Positions 1-13,123 are shown, counted from the first letter of the whole stretch. The stretch is DNA of 60,544 bases, filler included, from Hausera hauseri (GCA_046269625.1; 10 parts of 10 records of this genome joined end to end with filler, not necessarily neighbours in it); one strand, 5' to 3'. Notes: generated by a model from the sequence alone, not told the origin. Made by a program: numbers and translations.

Positions 1-77
1 ATTCATGTGGGCTGAGTATAATTACTTCTTAAAATGAAACAAAAATGTTCTGAAGTAAACACTTCACAGAAACAATC
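1..77 (+). repeat. 77-bp exact direct repeat of the contig end (copy 1)
   Basis: 1-77 is identical to 7532-7608. Confidence 0.97.
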
Positions 78-120
78 ATACCAGTAAAATCAACAGACTG
101 TCTGCAATTTCCTTCCTTAC

Positions 121-3100
121 CCTGGAATCCAAGATCCACCAGAAGTTGAGGAATGGCTGTTGTATATTCTTCCATCAGATGCTTTATGGTCATTGTCCAA
201 AGATGATGATGCTGATAGCTGCTCATCCTTTACCAGGTAATAGTTGCTCACACCCATGGGAATCAAACATACTGAAATACAAAAATAGTGTTTACTTTTT
301 ATTAACATTTCTATCATGGATGATTTTCAATGAAGTTGTTTTTTTTCCTTCATCACAGAACAAAACTTATTAATATAGCTTGTCAACTCATTACTACATT
401 TAATATGATATATTCATGCACACGGATCTGAAAAGAGACAACCAGGCAGGCAGTCACACACCCACACAAACACATATTATATGACTCACCCACTGGTGGA
501 GGAATTTCTGATACATTAGGTACTGTGGGTAAGCCAGTGCCAAGGGATGGTGGAGTTGGAGTCAGCAAAGGAGGCCGAAGAGTAGTTACAGGCTTTTCAG
601 TGGATGGATTGCAGCCCAAAACATCAAATCTAATGAAAATTACAAACAAATAAACAAAAATCATTAAGTATTTGGCTTTATAAAAGTACGAGGAAAGGAA
701 TTTCAGCAAGTAAATAAGTGTAAATATTTGGCCCACAGAGATGTGGTTCCTGAGAAGAATGATCAAAATATCATGGACAGACAAAAGGTCAAATGAATTT
801 GTTTTGGAAGAAGCTAATAAGAAAAGAAGAATAATTTTGGATATAAGAAACTACTACTACTTCCTGTCCGGTTTATTTGCAGAATATAAAGCCACTGCTG
901 TAGAACTCCATCTCTCAATGTGCCCATTCTTATTTTGTCAAGCATCTTTCTCTAGGATGTTGCTGGTCTTCCTATCCCCTGTGTCCCTTTGGATTACACT
1001 TATATAAGAAAACAGCAGCCAGACTTTTTTGGAACATGTATTGAAAAGGGGGAGATTTGAAAATTTAATAACAACAGGCCAAATTGAGAGCCAGAGACAG
1101 AAAATTATAGATGGTTTGATAACATAACATCTACAAAAGTCGTCAGTTTGATACTGAATCCAAGAAATAGGGAGATGTAAAGAAACATAATCACCAATGG
1201 CATTAGGCAGGGTACTTGAAGATGCTGATTTGGTTTCATTTTTCAATGACAGAAATGTAATCATGGATAAAAGTGAATCGTGATTATATTAGATTAAATG
1301 CTTTAGTTTTAAATATTATGAATTAATAAGCAATAAATATCAGATTACCTTAGAGAAATACCATTATGACTGGTGACTGGCATAATGCGAATGTATCGGG
1401 CCATTATATTTTGTGTAAACAAGTTTGTGACAGGTGAATCTGTGTCAAAATTAGCTTTGAAAACCCTGGCATTTCCATCCTGCTTTTCTGAATATGGAAG
1501 GAAGTCATCACCATCAATGCTGTAATAAACCTTCAATCCAGTCACCCATCTGTCCTCTTTCCCTTCTCCTTGTGTAACAATGCCAGATAAATATTTGAGC
1601 TCTCTGAAGTCCACTTGAATATATGGAGACGTGTCATTCAACCTATAACGAAATCGTAATCTCATTTATGGTCAACATGCTAATGAAAGAAGATTCATGG
1701 AACTACAAAATTAGTAACTGCATATGTAACTATAGCCCAGAAAATCAGTTCAAACTTATTTAGTCATGCAAATATTTTTAGAATATATAATTGTCATTAT
1801 GTTCTCAGAAAACTCAACAAGCCTTTGATTTGTGATAATATTAATATGCTATTAATTCATTGTATTAAAACACTGTTTTATTAATGAGAAATATGCTGTA
1901 AACAAAATAGTAATTAAAATTTAAAAAAAAATTTACTCTGGTATCCAAGAGCCTTGATAAGTTCCTTCAGATAATCTTCCAAGTTCAGGCCCATGTTTGT
2001 CAGTTTTTGAAGATGACTGTAATTGAGTATCCTCAATTATTTTTTCGTTCTTCATTCCCATCTCTTTCATGCATCCTAAAATATATAATCAATTATTTTG
2101 GACGGCATTATTAATCTTGACTGACTACTCAAGGCAAAGATATGTGCTGTGCAAGATCACTGTTTTCTACAATTTAGAAACCAATTAAGAATGGCAGCTC
2201 TCATCTACTCTTACTCAGTAAATGCCCTTCAGAATACTGGTTATTTGCAAATCAACAAAAACCACACTTCCCTCTCTCCCTCACTCATGATAGCTTAACC
2301 AATATCTTCAAAACAGGAAGAAAGAGTCTTTCAGTTGTTTTTAAACCTTTATTGTTGTGGACATTCTTTAATACTGTGCCACAAAAGTTTAATATCGTTC
2401 GTCTATCCATCATATTTGTTTCCCTCACTTTCCCTCAGTCAATTACATATAGAAACACAGGCTTCTGTCAAATTTAAATTTTCCAGTAACTATGGAAATG
2501 TTTCATATCATTATTGACTAAACTATGTACAATTTATTGTCATTTGAATTTTAAAAGAATGATCTATCACAATGCTGTATTTATTGTAATATAGCTATGC
2601 TAGCTATCATACTCACTCAGAACAGGCACAGGAATTGTTGGAGGCGATGGTGTTAGATTGTTGGAAGAGCTTGCAGTTGAGCCACTGGTGGGAACTCCAA
2701 ATGGCAATGTTGGTTTAAGTGTGGTATAAGAAAGAGGAGAACACTGGATGTAGTTCAGTCTCAAGCCTGGACCTGATGGACCCCAAGTTACAGGTGAAAA
2801 TCTCACATACCTTGCCACAATAACCTGCAAATTTCAGCAACCATTAGAATGTGCCACTGTTAGCTATTACATATAGCTGCACTATACATGAGATTTCCAT
2901 TTGTTAGTACAAAATATTTCATGAACTAAATGCATGAGTAAACATTGTAAAAACAGCTATGAAAATTGTTCTGACACAGAAGACAGTAATCAATACAACA
3001 GCAGTTGCCACATTTAAATCAAAGATTTATATGAGTAAATAGTTGTTTTCACTTACACGGGGAAAATAATTCATTGCAACTGTATTCCTATCTGAGTTTC

Positions 3101-6100
3101 CAGCATAAATGATTATTGCACCATCATGGTTCCTCACTGGGTAGAATGTGTAACCATCCATACTCGTGCTTATAGTGAAAGTGGACACCCATCTGTCATG
3201 ATCAGGGCTACCCTGGGTCAGTATTCCTGACAGATTCTGGGGCACCAAGAAATCCACCTGATGCCATTGGTGTGTGTCAAATATGCTGAGGAAAATGATC
3301 ATATTTTTAGGATAGAAATCAGTTTGTAAAATATATTCTCACTACTACTCTTCATGAATAAATTTAACTGTTTCAATGCATTTATAACTATTCGGGCAAG
3401 TGTCTATAGATTTAACTAATGTTCTTCAATCAATCTCTGATTTAAGTTGATTATCTGACCAAAGTGTAACTATAAAATCCTTTCTGTTCAATCTGTAGAT
3501 GTTGAATTTCAAACAACAGAATGACATTGGGATATCAAAAGCCTGCTATTTGTCAACTTTAATAACAATACCAAAGTCCAGGAGTACTGCTCTTTGGTGA
3601 GAAAATTTACAAAGTAAGCATAGCTTTTGTAAATGGAAGATTACAATATCTATATAAAACAATTTTATTATGATACAATAATAGATCTCTTACTAAGGAA
3701 CCCATGAGGAGTGCTGGTTGTTCAGTCTACCTTCAGAGGCTCTTGTCTGAGGGCTGAAATCACTAGAGGAAGTTAGCAGATTATCAGGCAACATGTTTGG
3801 CAGGTCCACATTCATGGGCACATTACATTTCATTGCTGCAATGACAAAACCATTAATGTCTTTAGATCATAAATGCATTTTTAAACTTCACATTGATTGT
3901 CAACATGTAATGATTGAAGTGAACTCAAGCTTACATATTCAATCATGATTTTCATAAATGTATTACCATCAAAAACAAAGAATAAACAACTCTGCTAACA
4001 GGCTAACCAGATTTTTGTTCACCAAATCAAAGTGTTCTCCTGCACTGTCATCAATGTTTTGTCTGTGTAACAGTTACTACTATTATAAACTCATGGTTCA
4101 GGTAGATTTTAACACTTATTTCCAATAAATTGTATAAACAAAAGCCATATAAAATCTATTTTCTTGCAGATAACAGTAACAAAACTCACTAGGAATTTTA
4201 GAAAATGGAGTTTCAATTGCCACTGTCGATGTTTTGTCATACTTTCCTGATGAAGGAGTCTCTTGATGCTCAGGAGTTGGTGTTACTGTTAATTTGGGAA
4301 AAATAAAAACAATACTGCATTTAATACTCTCTTCTCAGTTCATGCCAAAAACCTTCTACTAGCATTTGAATATTTGTCTCGTAATAAACATAGTCCAATG
4401 AATGTAAATTATTTATTAACTCACGCTTACCTTTCTAATTACTTCAGTAAGACTTCTGTCTTCTTATTAATTATTTTTTAAAGCAGTAACAAGATCATCA
4501 CATTTAAACTTTACTAAGGCATATAATATTTTACACCGACTGTCACCACACAACAAAATAAACTCCATACAAAATGTTTTGTAACTTTTCAAAGTATCAC
4601 AACATAATTCTGCCAAACTTTTAAACACAGCTATATAAACACATTGGAAACAAAACAAATCATACCTAGACAGTCACATTTGTATCTGATCTCATAATCA
4701 TGACAGTCTATGCCAATGGCAATCATATTATCACAGATCAGTCCACTGTCTACTGTGCACGATGCCTCTTGCAAGCTCCAATAGTCATCTCCAGTAGCTG
4801 AATCTCTACATTCAATCTCTGTGATGCTTCCACCTGGGCAAAATTCAACCATTTCTTCTGGTGTCATCTTTTCATAATCACCACTTGACCCCACAGGAGT
4901 GGCTTTATTTATCCAAGAAGACCATTTATTCACACACAGGTGAGATGTAGACACATTGTGTTTAACACTGGGTGCAGTAGTTGATTCAAAATAATTTTCA
5001 GTAGGTGTGGACATGGACTGTGTTGAAGGCAATACTGTTGTCAATGAGCACACATCACACAGCACTCTGATTTCATAGTCCTCACATATGTGACCAGTAT
5101 CTGCAATACACATGAGTGCTGCATCATTCAGAGAACACTCAACAAGAGGATCAGTTGGATCCCACATGATTTTCGTTGCTCTGACTCTGCATTCAATCCT
5201 GCAAGATAATACATTACATTAAGCAGATAGATACTTTTCCTACAGTCTCATCTTTCATGATATGTCTTTGATAGATTAATTTCTATGACAAACAAATGAT
5301 CAGTTGATTAACTTTAAGGACAAAATATGACTCACATTTTCATAATATTATGTCGTACATACTTTAGATGCCTAACTAAGCTGTTTACACTTAAATCATC
5401 AACTGAATACTTAATTATCAAGAATTCTCTACTGCATTACATCTGCGCTTAGAAATGTACAAATGTGCAACTGACCCAATAACAAAATCCTTCGCACATG
5501 CATTCGTGACAAGCGGTTCCTGGAAGAAGTTCTCTGTTTCTCCTGAAACATCATCTGGTACATTTTTACTGATCCATGGTGACCAGTACAAGCAACCTTG
5601 TGCTGAAAATACATGGTTTGAAAGATTCTTATCTTACTTTTAAATTAAAACATGCCTGTTTGCTACATCAACAAAAAACATAATGAATCATAATGAATGC
5701 TTATTCTTGACAAATTCCCTGTTGCAACATATAAAAAAATATTTTTTGGATCATTTCTCCCCTGAAATGCAATATGTTATTTATTATCAACAAATGGCAC
5801 TGATGAACAATTTAACTTACTTGTTGACACAGTACTTAGTGATGGAGTAATCTGTGTTACAGTAGCTGGCGTTGGAGTTGGAGCTTCGCATCCCAAAACA
5901 TTAAACCTCAGTCCAATGGAATTATGAAATTCCACAGGTCGAATCTGGACATAACGGGCAACGACTGGAGTGAAAAAGTTGGAAACTGTTGAATGTTGAT
6001 CTGAATTTCCATTAAACACAACTGGCTTATGTGTTCCACCAAGGATAGGATGAAAGTTGACTCCATCAGTGCTGTAGTAAATGATGTACTTTTCAACCCA

Positions 6101-7213
6101 AGATTCTGCATCTGCTAGACCTTGTGTAACTATTCCAGAGATTGAGTATGGAGCAAGAAAATCTACCTGAATATACTGGCTTTTGTCTGAAACACTGTGT
6201 AGAAAACAGAAAAAGAGAAAAGACATTATTTCTGAATAAATGTTGCTCACTTAGGAAAAAAAACTCAACAAACCCTACTTTCAAAAAGTGATTTTTTTTT
6301 TTTAAAATATACATGTATCACAAACAGCAAACACCAGACAGCAAAATGCCAATGGAGCTCAGCAATCAGTTTGAGTCTACATTAATTATTTAAAATCATT
6401 GTGAGTAAATAAAGTGACCTACGCAGGAGACCAGCCTCCAGCCATGGATCCATCTTTCTGAATGTAAATTCTGCCTCTTGAAGGATTATGATGTAAGTCA
6501 AGATAACTTGAGGCAGTCAGCTGTCTGTCACTGATAACTTGAGGATTACTTAAACCCATTGGTACATCACACCCTAAGATAAATAAAATGACTGTTTTAA
6601 GTTAGTGATCCAACAACAAATTATTTGTTGTCAACAATTCTTCAACACAATTTACAAATGTACATTTTCAAAGAATAAACTGTATGCAGATGATATGTAT
6701 CATCATCAAGGTTGAAACACCAAGCAAATCCGTACAAGCTAATAAGTCTACTTCTGGTACTGAACAAAATTCTTACTGGGAGGTATTGCAGGTGTAGCAG
6801 TATTCCCTACTCCTGGTGTAGCAGTATTCCCTGTTCCTGGTGTTGCTGTGGATTCTGAAGATGGTGTTGGAGTAACTTGAGGTGGAACATTTGGTGTACA
6901 GCCAATAACAGTAAATCTAAGACCTATACCATTCGTAGAGGCCTTAACAGGGACAATCTTCACATACTGTGCGATTATGTCCCGGCTGAAAAGAGCCCTT
7001 ACTGGTGTGCTACTGTCTGTGTTTCCAGTGAACATAAATGGTGTGTTAACATTGTCAGATTCCATATATGGAAAGAAATTCTTCCCGTCCACACTTAGAT
7101 AAACATAATATTGCTCAACCCAGCGAGGAGAATCTGGACTGCCTTGCGTCACCACTCCAGACACGAGTTTAGGCTCCCTGAAGTTTACCATTATCCAAGG
7201 CTCAGCTTCGGAT
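121..7213 (-). CDS. Multi-exon fragment of a large secreted mucin-like protein: four F5/8 type C (discoidin) domains, WxxW domains and P/T/S linkers
   Basis: Exons encode repeated YIQVDF..SGIVTQG..WV..Y.S.DG..F..F.GN.D....ARYV...P..GLRF..GC motifs (6777-7213, 5820-6192, 3055-3285+2636-2825, 1349-1643+487-630), first-half exons C..PMG....QL.ASS...GGW (121-272, 6420-6590, 3695-3840, 1938-2076) and WSSWIN/CHDYEIRYKC WxxW motifs (4647-5200, 5435-5600). GT-AG borders seen; exon limits approximate. Confidence 0.85.
741..1230 (+). mobile_element. Intronic 3' fragment of an RTE-like LINE
   Basis: MWFLRRMIKISWTDKRSNEFVL, then after an insertion ..RFENLITTGQIESQR; typical of RTE ORF2 C-termini. Confidence 0.75.
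851..1001 (-). mobile_element. Second LINE 3' tail nested antisense in the first, with 10-bp TSD
   Basis: Flanked by ATATAAGAAA at 841-850 and 1002-1011; minus strand ends in a (TAG)n tail and encodes a PKGHRG.GRP-like remnant. Confidence 0.7.
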
Positions 7214-7531
7214 CTGAAAACAGTCAAACAGAAGGGGACAAATGTTAGTGTACCTTGAGAAAGATATATGTAACAAATTCCTCATATATGGGTATGCAAT
7301 AAATTTGGAGCATAAATATTTGTAATTAATTTTAATTTCTTGATTCCTGTGATTAATATTCATGAAAGTAAAGCGGCATAACTTCACAATTTTGTAAAAT
7401 TTATTCTAGGTAGCTCAAGTATCGTTAAGTATTTGAGGGTAATGCACAATGTTGGGTTTTCTTTTACATCAGGAACAAAAGAAATGCTGATGTGGTGCAT
7501 GCCATGGTTGAGAAAACTTCAGACTCAATCT

Positions 7532-7608
7532 ATTCATGTGGGCTGAGTATAATTACTTCTTAAAATGAAACAAAAATGTTCTGAAGTAAACACTTCACAG
7601 AAACAATC
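7532..7608 (+). repeat. 77-bp exact direct repeat of the contig start (copy 2)
   Basis: Identical to 1-77; typical of a circularised assembly-graph node. Confidence 0.97.
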
Positions 7609-7708
7609 NNNNNNNNNNNNNNNNNNNNNNNNNNNNNNNNNNNNNNNNNNNNTTAATTAATTAANNNNNNNNNNNNNNNNNNNNNNNNNNNNNNNNNNNN
7701 NNNNNNNN
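7609..7708. other. Artificial contig spacer (first of nine; others start at 12817, 17981, 23061, 27936, 33211, 40101, 46116, 51028)
   Basis: 44 N + TTAATTAATTAA (stops in all six frames) + 44 N, repeated identically. Confidence 0.99.
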
Positions 7709-8955
7709 AGAGAAGAACCGCTTAGCAATTGAAGTAATATCGATTTAGAAATATTGGGTATAGACCCAGTAGATATTCCTCCCTTGATGGGAATGATTAA
7801 AATCGCATTTGCGGTACCAAAATAATATACAAACCTAGAAGACCGAATTAAAATAGAAAATGAAAGCCGAGCGCAGATTTACAGCCTGAGAAACCGAATC
7901 ATTTTCCCAATATATGAGGAGACTCAATACGTAATATATGCTTGTATCGTAGAATTGGACGAATATAAGGACGAGTTTAGTTATGTCGGTCAGATTATGA
8001 AATTTCTAAGAGGGACACACGATGAGTTAAAGGATGCATATAAGATGCTAGATAAAGCTATAATGGCAAAGCCAATGATCGCCAATCAATTGTCGAAATG
8101 GTCCGAATTAGTAATGCGGTTGAGCAAGTTAGTGGAAAACCTAAGAAAGAATCCCCAGAGAGCGAGCCTTCTGTAAAAAAGCAGTTAGAAGAAAGCGCTC
8201 GTAACTTAGAATTAATACTGGCAGAAATAGACATCCGAACGCGATTCGAAGCATCACGACGACTCAATTTTATGAAAAAGAAACAGGAAGCAACGATACT
8301 TGAAGAGATCTATGAAATGATCGAAGAGACAAATTTTACCGAAAAGCGAAATATGACTTGCAATTTTTATCCACGATTGAAAAATATCCGATTAGAAGGA
8401 GTTCAACATTTAACATATAAACCCATTGACGAGATCTCTGTCCAAGATATCGAGACACTAGATGTTTGTCCGGAACACCGAGTCACTTTAATGGACACAA
8501 TAAAATTTTTGCATAAACCTCAAGAATGGATGGCTGGATCAGATCAAAACTTCTATATCGAATTGATAAAAATAAGAAATGACCAACATATTAGTTTTCA
8601 GGAATCTAAGTTCGTAAAGAAACAATTAATGCTGAAATTACGACAAGTCGAAGAAACGTGCATAAAATCAAAACAAAGAGTAACGAGGCTAGATGACCTG
8701 GCAAAAGAACTCGAAATTTACCGAAATAAATATTCTTTCACAGAATCAGAAATCAAGAATAAGCGAGAATTCGTACAAAGATGGCAAAAAGATGTAATCA
8801 TTGAATTAACAGATTATCACCAAAAGTGACTCATTGATTCTAATGAATTCGGTGAATTACTAAAAATGATTCAGTATGCCTGTGGGAATGGAGTAGGTTT
8901 CCGGACTACGCAGATGAAAGAAATACAGCCCAGGTTGAAAGAAATTTGAGAAAAC

Positions 8956-10236
8956 ATGCAAAGAACGAGTGTAGCATTGGTAGGCACTGGACTTCCAGAT
9001 GTTGGAAACGAACCGGAATGGGACGCGTACTTCGACGCAATACTGGCCGAAAAACCCATGACCCCAGTACAAATAAACGAGATAAAAATGTGCCCACAGA
9101 ACAGGAGATTCAATGTGGAGATGCTTCTGGATTCAACGCTAGCTGAAAAAGACTTAATCGAACTAATTAACGTAAACATTGCTGAAAGTAAGGTAGGACA
9201 ACTTATTCCGACATTAACTAAATTATCTATTGAGAACACGATTTATAGCACGGTGCAGAAACTTTTGATAAGGAAATACGCTAAAATCTTGAGGACCAAA
9301 CCTGAAGTAGCGATGAAAGTACTAATATCATCCGAGTGGATGGTCGAAAAAGAATACGAATTAACTACATATTCCTATGTGAAGGACGTAAGAGAATGGT
9401 TATTAAATAATGGCGGAACCAATGAGGTAAACTATAGATTTTATTTTAGAGGCAAAATACTCGACGACCTAGAGCAATTTATAGATGTCGGAATCATTCC
9501 CGGCGAAACAAACCGAGTAGTAGTTACAATAGCTAACGAACAAACCAAGGAAGAAGCTACACGCAAAGCTAAGGCAGAACAATGCGTAGGACAAATCATG
9601 GGAGTCCGAGATGCCGCTATGTATTTTGAGTATTTGCAAATAGATGAAAATAAGGAAAAATATAATATAAATTTAGTACCACTGAGAGAAATAACAACGA
9701 AAGGGCCAAAGCTGAAACGTCCAGTAAGCCGACCTAAGAAAACGCGAGAAGAAGTTGTCTATAATGGAGAATTGATTAGAGAATTGAGACAGCTGTCGAT
9801 TCCGACTCTCAGTACAGATAATGAGAAATTAAGCGAGTTAATGAAGTATCTAGTACGAATCGTGAATTATTCAAGTCTTCGAGGTGACGTATTAGACGAT
9901 AAAGAAAAGATAATTTTTGAAGCAGCTAGAACGATGAGAAGTTCACGCTTTAAACTATCAAAAAGTAACTTAGCCGATGAATCGGTAATCGATAAGATTA
10001 TGGTAGAAAATACCAAGGAGGAACTAAGAAAAGTACTACTATATTTAGCTATCAAAGTAAACCCTAATCGAGAGAATGAAATTAATAGAGCTACAAGCTT
10101 AGCACGAAGAGCGGAAAGAAAATTGCCCCGTGAAGTAAATTGGTCAAGACTATTTGACAAGGAAGAAGATAGACGAACTAGTAATAAACTCGACGATATG
10201 TTACGTAATTTAACAATAACGAATCGGATTGGGTAA
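8956..10236 (+). CDS. Polyprotein segment with ubiquitin-like domain (~9310-9535) and degenerate Bcl-2-like helical domain (~9800-10160)
   Basis: MKVLISSEW..EYELTTYSYVKDVREWL..YRFYFRGKILDDLEQFIDVGI..VVVT fits a beta-grasp Ubl; DKIMVENTKEELRKVLLYLAIKV aligns by eye with EKMFATGITREKVVTAIAYLLYKV of copy B. Confidence 0.65.
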   Translation: MQRTSVALVGTGLPDVGNEPEWDAYFDAILAEKPMTPVQINEIKMCPQNRRFNVEMLLDSTLAEKDLIELINVNIAESKVGQLIPTLTKLSIENTIYSTVQKLLIRKYAKILRTKPEVAMKVLISSEWMVEKEYELTTYSYVKDVREWLLNNGGTNEVNYRFYFRGKILDDLEQFIDVGIIPGETNRVVVTIANEQTKEEATRKAKAEQCVGQIMGVRDAAMYFEYLQIDENKEKYNINLVPLREITTKGPKLKRPVSRPKKTREEVVYNGELIRELRQLSIPTLSTDNEKLSELMKYLVRIVNYSSLRGDVLDDKEKIIFEAARTMRSSRFKLSKSNLADESVIDKIMVENTKEELRKVLLYLAIKVNPNRENEINRATSLARRAERKLPREVNWSRLFDKEEDRRTSNKLDDMLRNLTITNRIG

Positions 10237-10250
10237 TTAGCTTACTCACC

Positions 10251-12010
10251 TTGGTGATGCTAATTAATCACATAGGCGCTGTAACTGTCTACGACTGTAA
10301 TAAGTTTAAGCTAGGACAAAAATATTCCCTGATGGATCTGGAAGTGTGCGAAGATGCCAGACCACACAAATTGGAGACAAAAGAGAAAAATTACTTCCTA
10401 TATCAGCAGCGGGAATTGATGTCGCTAGACACTCATCTATAATCAAACCAACGACTCCATTAATTCCAATGAACTTAGAACGTCAACACTGCAAGCAAGC
10501 CAAGGAAACTGGAAGAATACAATGGGACAGTATGCAATTAGAAATGCAATCAGGAAAAATAATCAGGGCATACAAAATAGTGGCCGGAAGATTGGATATG
10601 CATAGTGGACATTATAGTGGAGCAGAATACGACACCGGGAAGGGATTGGAGGCAAACGTAGTGGTTGTGGATTTCAACGAATTAGAAATTCGATCATAGA
10701 AGGTAATGTTTCATATTGTCACCAAACTGTATATAGAGAATCAAAAATGTCATTTACAAGATGGGACCTGTACTTTTAGAAGTTCGGTTATAATATGGGA
10801 ACATCCTTCTGGAAGAAATTGTAATTTTATTAAAATTAAAGAATTAAAGTTTAATGAGACTGCAAGAAAGCGATATGTGGACAAATCAGAAACAAATTCG
10901 AGGACACATGAGGATGTATCAGAACACTCTACACCTACTATATTAATTTCGGATCAGCATGAATTGAAATTTACTAAAATAGAGATGATTTCTGGCTGTG
11001 ATGTAGTGATGTTTGCTACGAACTACAAGGCGTTTTTCGTCGCAGAAACGGACATAAGTGCGAAGACGTATAAGCTCGAAACACAGGATGTCGGCATCGA
11101 AGATTACTTGAAAAATAGAGATAATTACTTTTGTTACAAGGGACAAGTCGGAATAACGGAACTATATCATAAAATGATAATGAATGACTGCAAATTGGAT
11201 ACGAAAATCATGAGAACTAAAATGGCTCTGATATATGCAAACCAATAATTGGCTTCACCAATAATTCCCATGAGAGAAGGAATTGTCGGTCTGGTAACAG
11301 GCCAAGTATTGCTAACTTATGAATGTGAAAACAGAGATGTACCCATCAACGTGGAAGAGAAACGTTGCATTCAGGAACTTCCTGTTATTTACCAAAATAT
11401 TCCGAGATTAGCTACACCGCTGACGAGAGTGTTATTGGATAACGCTATTCAACCGACCATCCTTAAAAATTGTAAGGCAAGCTTAGGAGAACCTATGTTT
11501 AGACGTATTGAGACAGACTGGGTCGGATTGCCAAATGGAGGTATTATTGCCGCTCCAAATAAATTGACAGGAACATATCTCGCGGAAGGAATTACAGACG
11601 ATCAATTTCAAGACGCCTCATAGAAAGGTATATAGGCCGAAGGAAATTGAGGCTTTTAGGCAATTCCTTGCCTTTCCACGACAACGAATACATGAGCTAA
11701 ATCGAGCTATGGCTTCTGTAGTAGATGATACGCGATACCAGGCTAAATGGGAATCTTTACTTGGCGTAAATCATTATCAGCGAGTAACAACTAAAATACT
11801 TTACAAAATGTGGAGAAGATTTTTGATATTCGGACAAGCCACATCCGGATTTTTAGCGATATACTTCCTGATTCAGATGGTTAAAGCAGTAGTCCAAGCA
11901 GTAATAAATGGATATGAGATATTTACATTGACTGGATTTTCATGTAAAATATTGACTGCAATCATAACGCCTTTTGGAAAATTCTTGAAAGCATACGAAG
12001 AAAATAGATG
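10251..12010 (+). pseudogene. env: Envelope glycoprotein (chuvirus-G/gB-like class III fusogen), frameshifted
   Basis: AVTVYDCNK...YSLMDLEVC start, Cys-rich ectodomain, C-terminal FLIFGQATSGFLAIYFLIQMV TM; several stops and frameshifts. Confidence 0.75.
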
Positions 12011-12674
12011 GAAATCGGACGTAGAACGCCATGTCGGCTATTATAATGGTAAACGAAGAGGAAGGCCTATATTTCTACGGAAACGAAAATTTCCAAAACC
12101 TATTACACGAAGAAATAATTCAGATAATGACGAGCCTAAGGGAGGAGAAACACTTTCAGGAATAAATAGACATAAGATGTACTCTGTCGTTAAAGCGCCA
12201 TTATCCATGTTACCTCCTACCGCTCCATTCTACAAAGATTGTGACAAACGATCCATGAGTTCATATCAGACGGAAATTTATAAAAGAACAATTAATGTAG
12301 AAGATCCTTATGAGGGAACAAAACGTTATGGAATTTTACGGAAAATGTGCTACCGACAATCCACAGATGATCCCAGACTATTGTACTTACCGAGGGAACC
12401 TAAGAATATCGAAATTAGATCGACGGTTTGGGACAATTCAAGGCTAAAAACCTTCCAGAATACTGAATTACACACTAACAATCGCAAACCATTAATTAGT
12501 ACGCATGAAGCGGAAGAATTGCACATAGAAAAGAACGGGCTATATCCAAACGAAGAATTGAAACAGTTGTCGGAGAATATAGTAACCTCTCTCGAAATTC
12601 GAATCAATGGACATAAAATATCGGCGACAAAACGTCCAAAAGTAGCAACAAATTGTTTCGGGACATTGATAGAA

Positions 12675-12816
12675 GGAAGACCCTTCGCTAAAATTATTAT
12701 AGAAGATTTTGGAGGTTTATACATTAATTGATATGGGTTCCGAGATATCTTACATCAAAAATGATTCAATACCTCAAACGCTGAGAGGACAATTATACCC
12801 ACCGTCTACGAAGGAC
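12675..12816 (+). pseudogene. Start of retroviral-type aspartic protease directly downstream of the env tail
   Basis: RPFAKIIIED/(frameshift)EVYTLIDMGSEISYI; DMG at 12730-12738 sits at the D-T-G position. Confidence 0.75.
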
Positions 12817-12916
12817 NNNNNNNNNNNNNNNNNNNNNNNNNNNNNNNNNNNNNNNNNNNNTTAATTAATTAANNNNNNNNNNNNNNNNNNNNNNNNNNNN
12901 NNNNNNNNNNNNNNNN

Positions 12917-13121
12917 AATTAAAATTAATCCTAGCCCCACAGGCTATCGCTGCCCTAACATATTACGTATAAGTTAGTGATAGGTAAGACCAACATCTCT
13001 GCAGTATTCAACCCTAGAAGTAACAAAATCTCACCACATACGTAACCTTGTTCACTCCACTAATTTGAATAACGCTTTATTGAGAAGTCTCTCCCAACCC
13101 AAATTAGTGAAGGATTGAACA
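12917..13121 (+). repeat. 3' part of the 5' LTR of copy B
   Basis: Ends ...GAACA, 2 nt before the PBS; truncated by the contig start. Confidence 0.7.
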
Positions 13122-13123
13122 AC

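Larger units (their letters stand above)
7709..12816 (+). mobile_element. Internal part of env-bearing LTR retroelement, copy A: helical region - Ubl - Bcl-2-like - glycoprotein - TM - protease; decayed
   Basis: ORFs 8098-8829 and 8956-10236 are in the same frame, broken by stops; followed by VYDC glycoprotein fragments, the FLIFGQATSG TM and a protease motif; colinear with contigs 3 and 6. Confidence 0.85.

Noticed and set aside
1-7608. Circular virus or plasmid
   Set aside because: Contains only spliceosomal exons of a host-type protein and no replication gene.
7609-7708. Recurring TTAATTAATTAA palindrome between N runs
   Set aside because: Artificial concatenation linker; not a biological repeat or CRISPR array.
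10251-12010. Stand-alone endogenous chuvirus
   Set aside because: No nucleoprotein or L polymerase; the glycoprotein is embedded among Gag and protease sequences in colinear copies.
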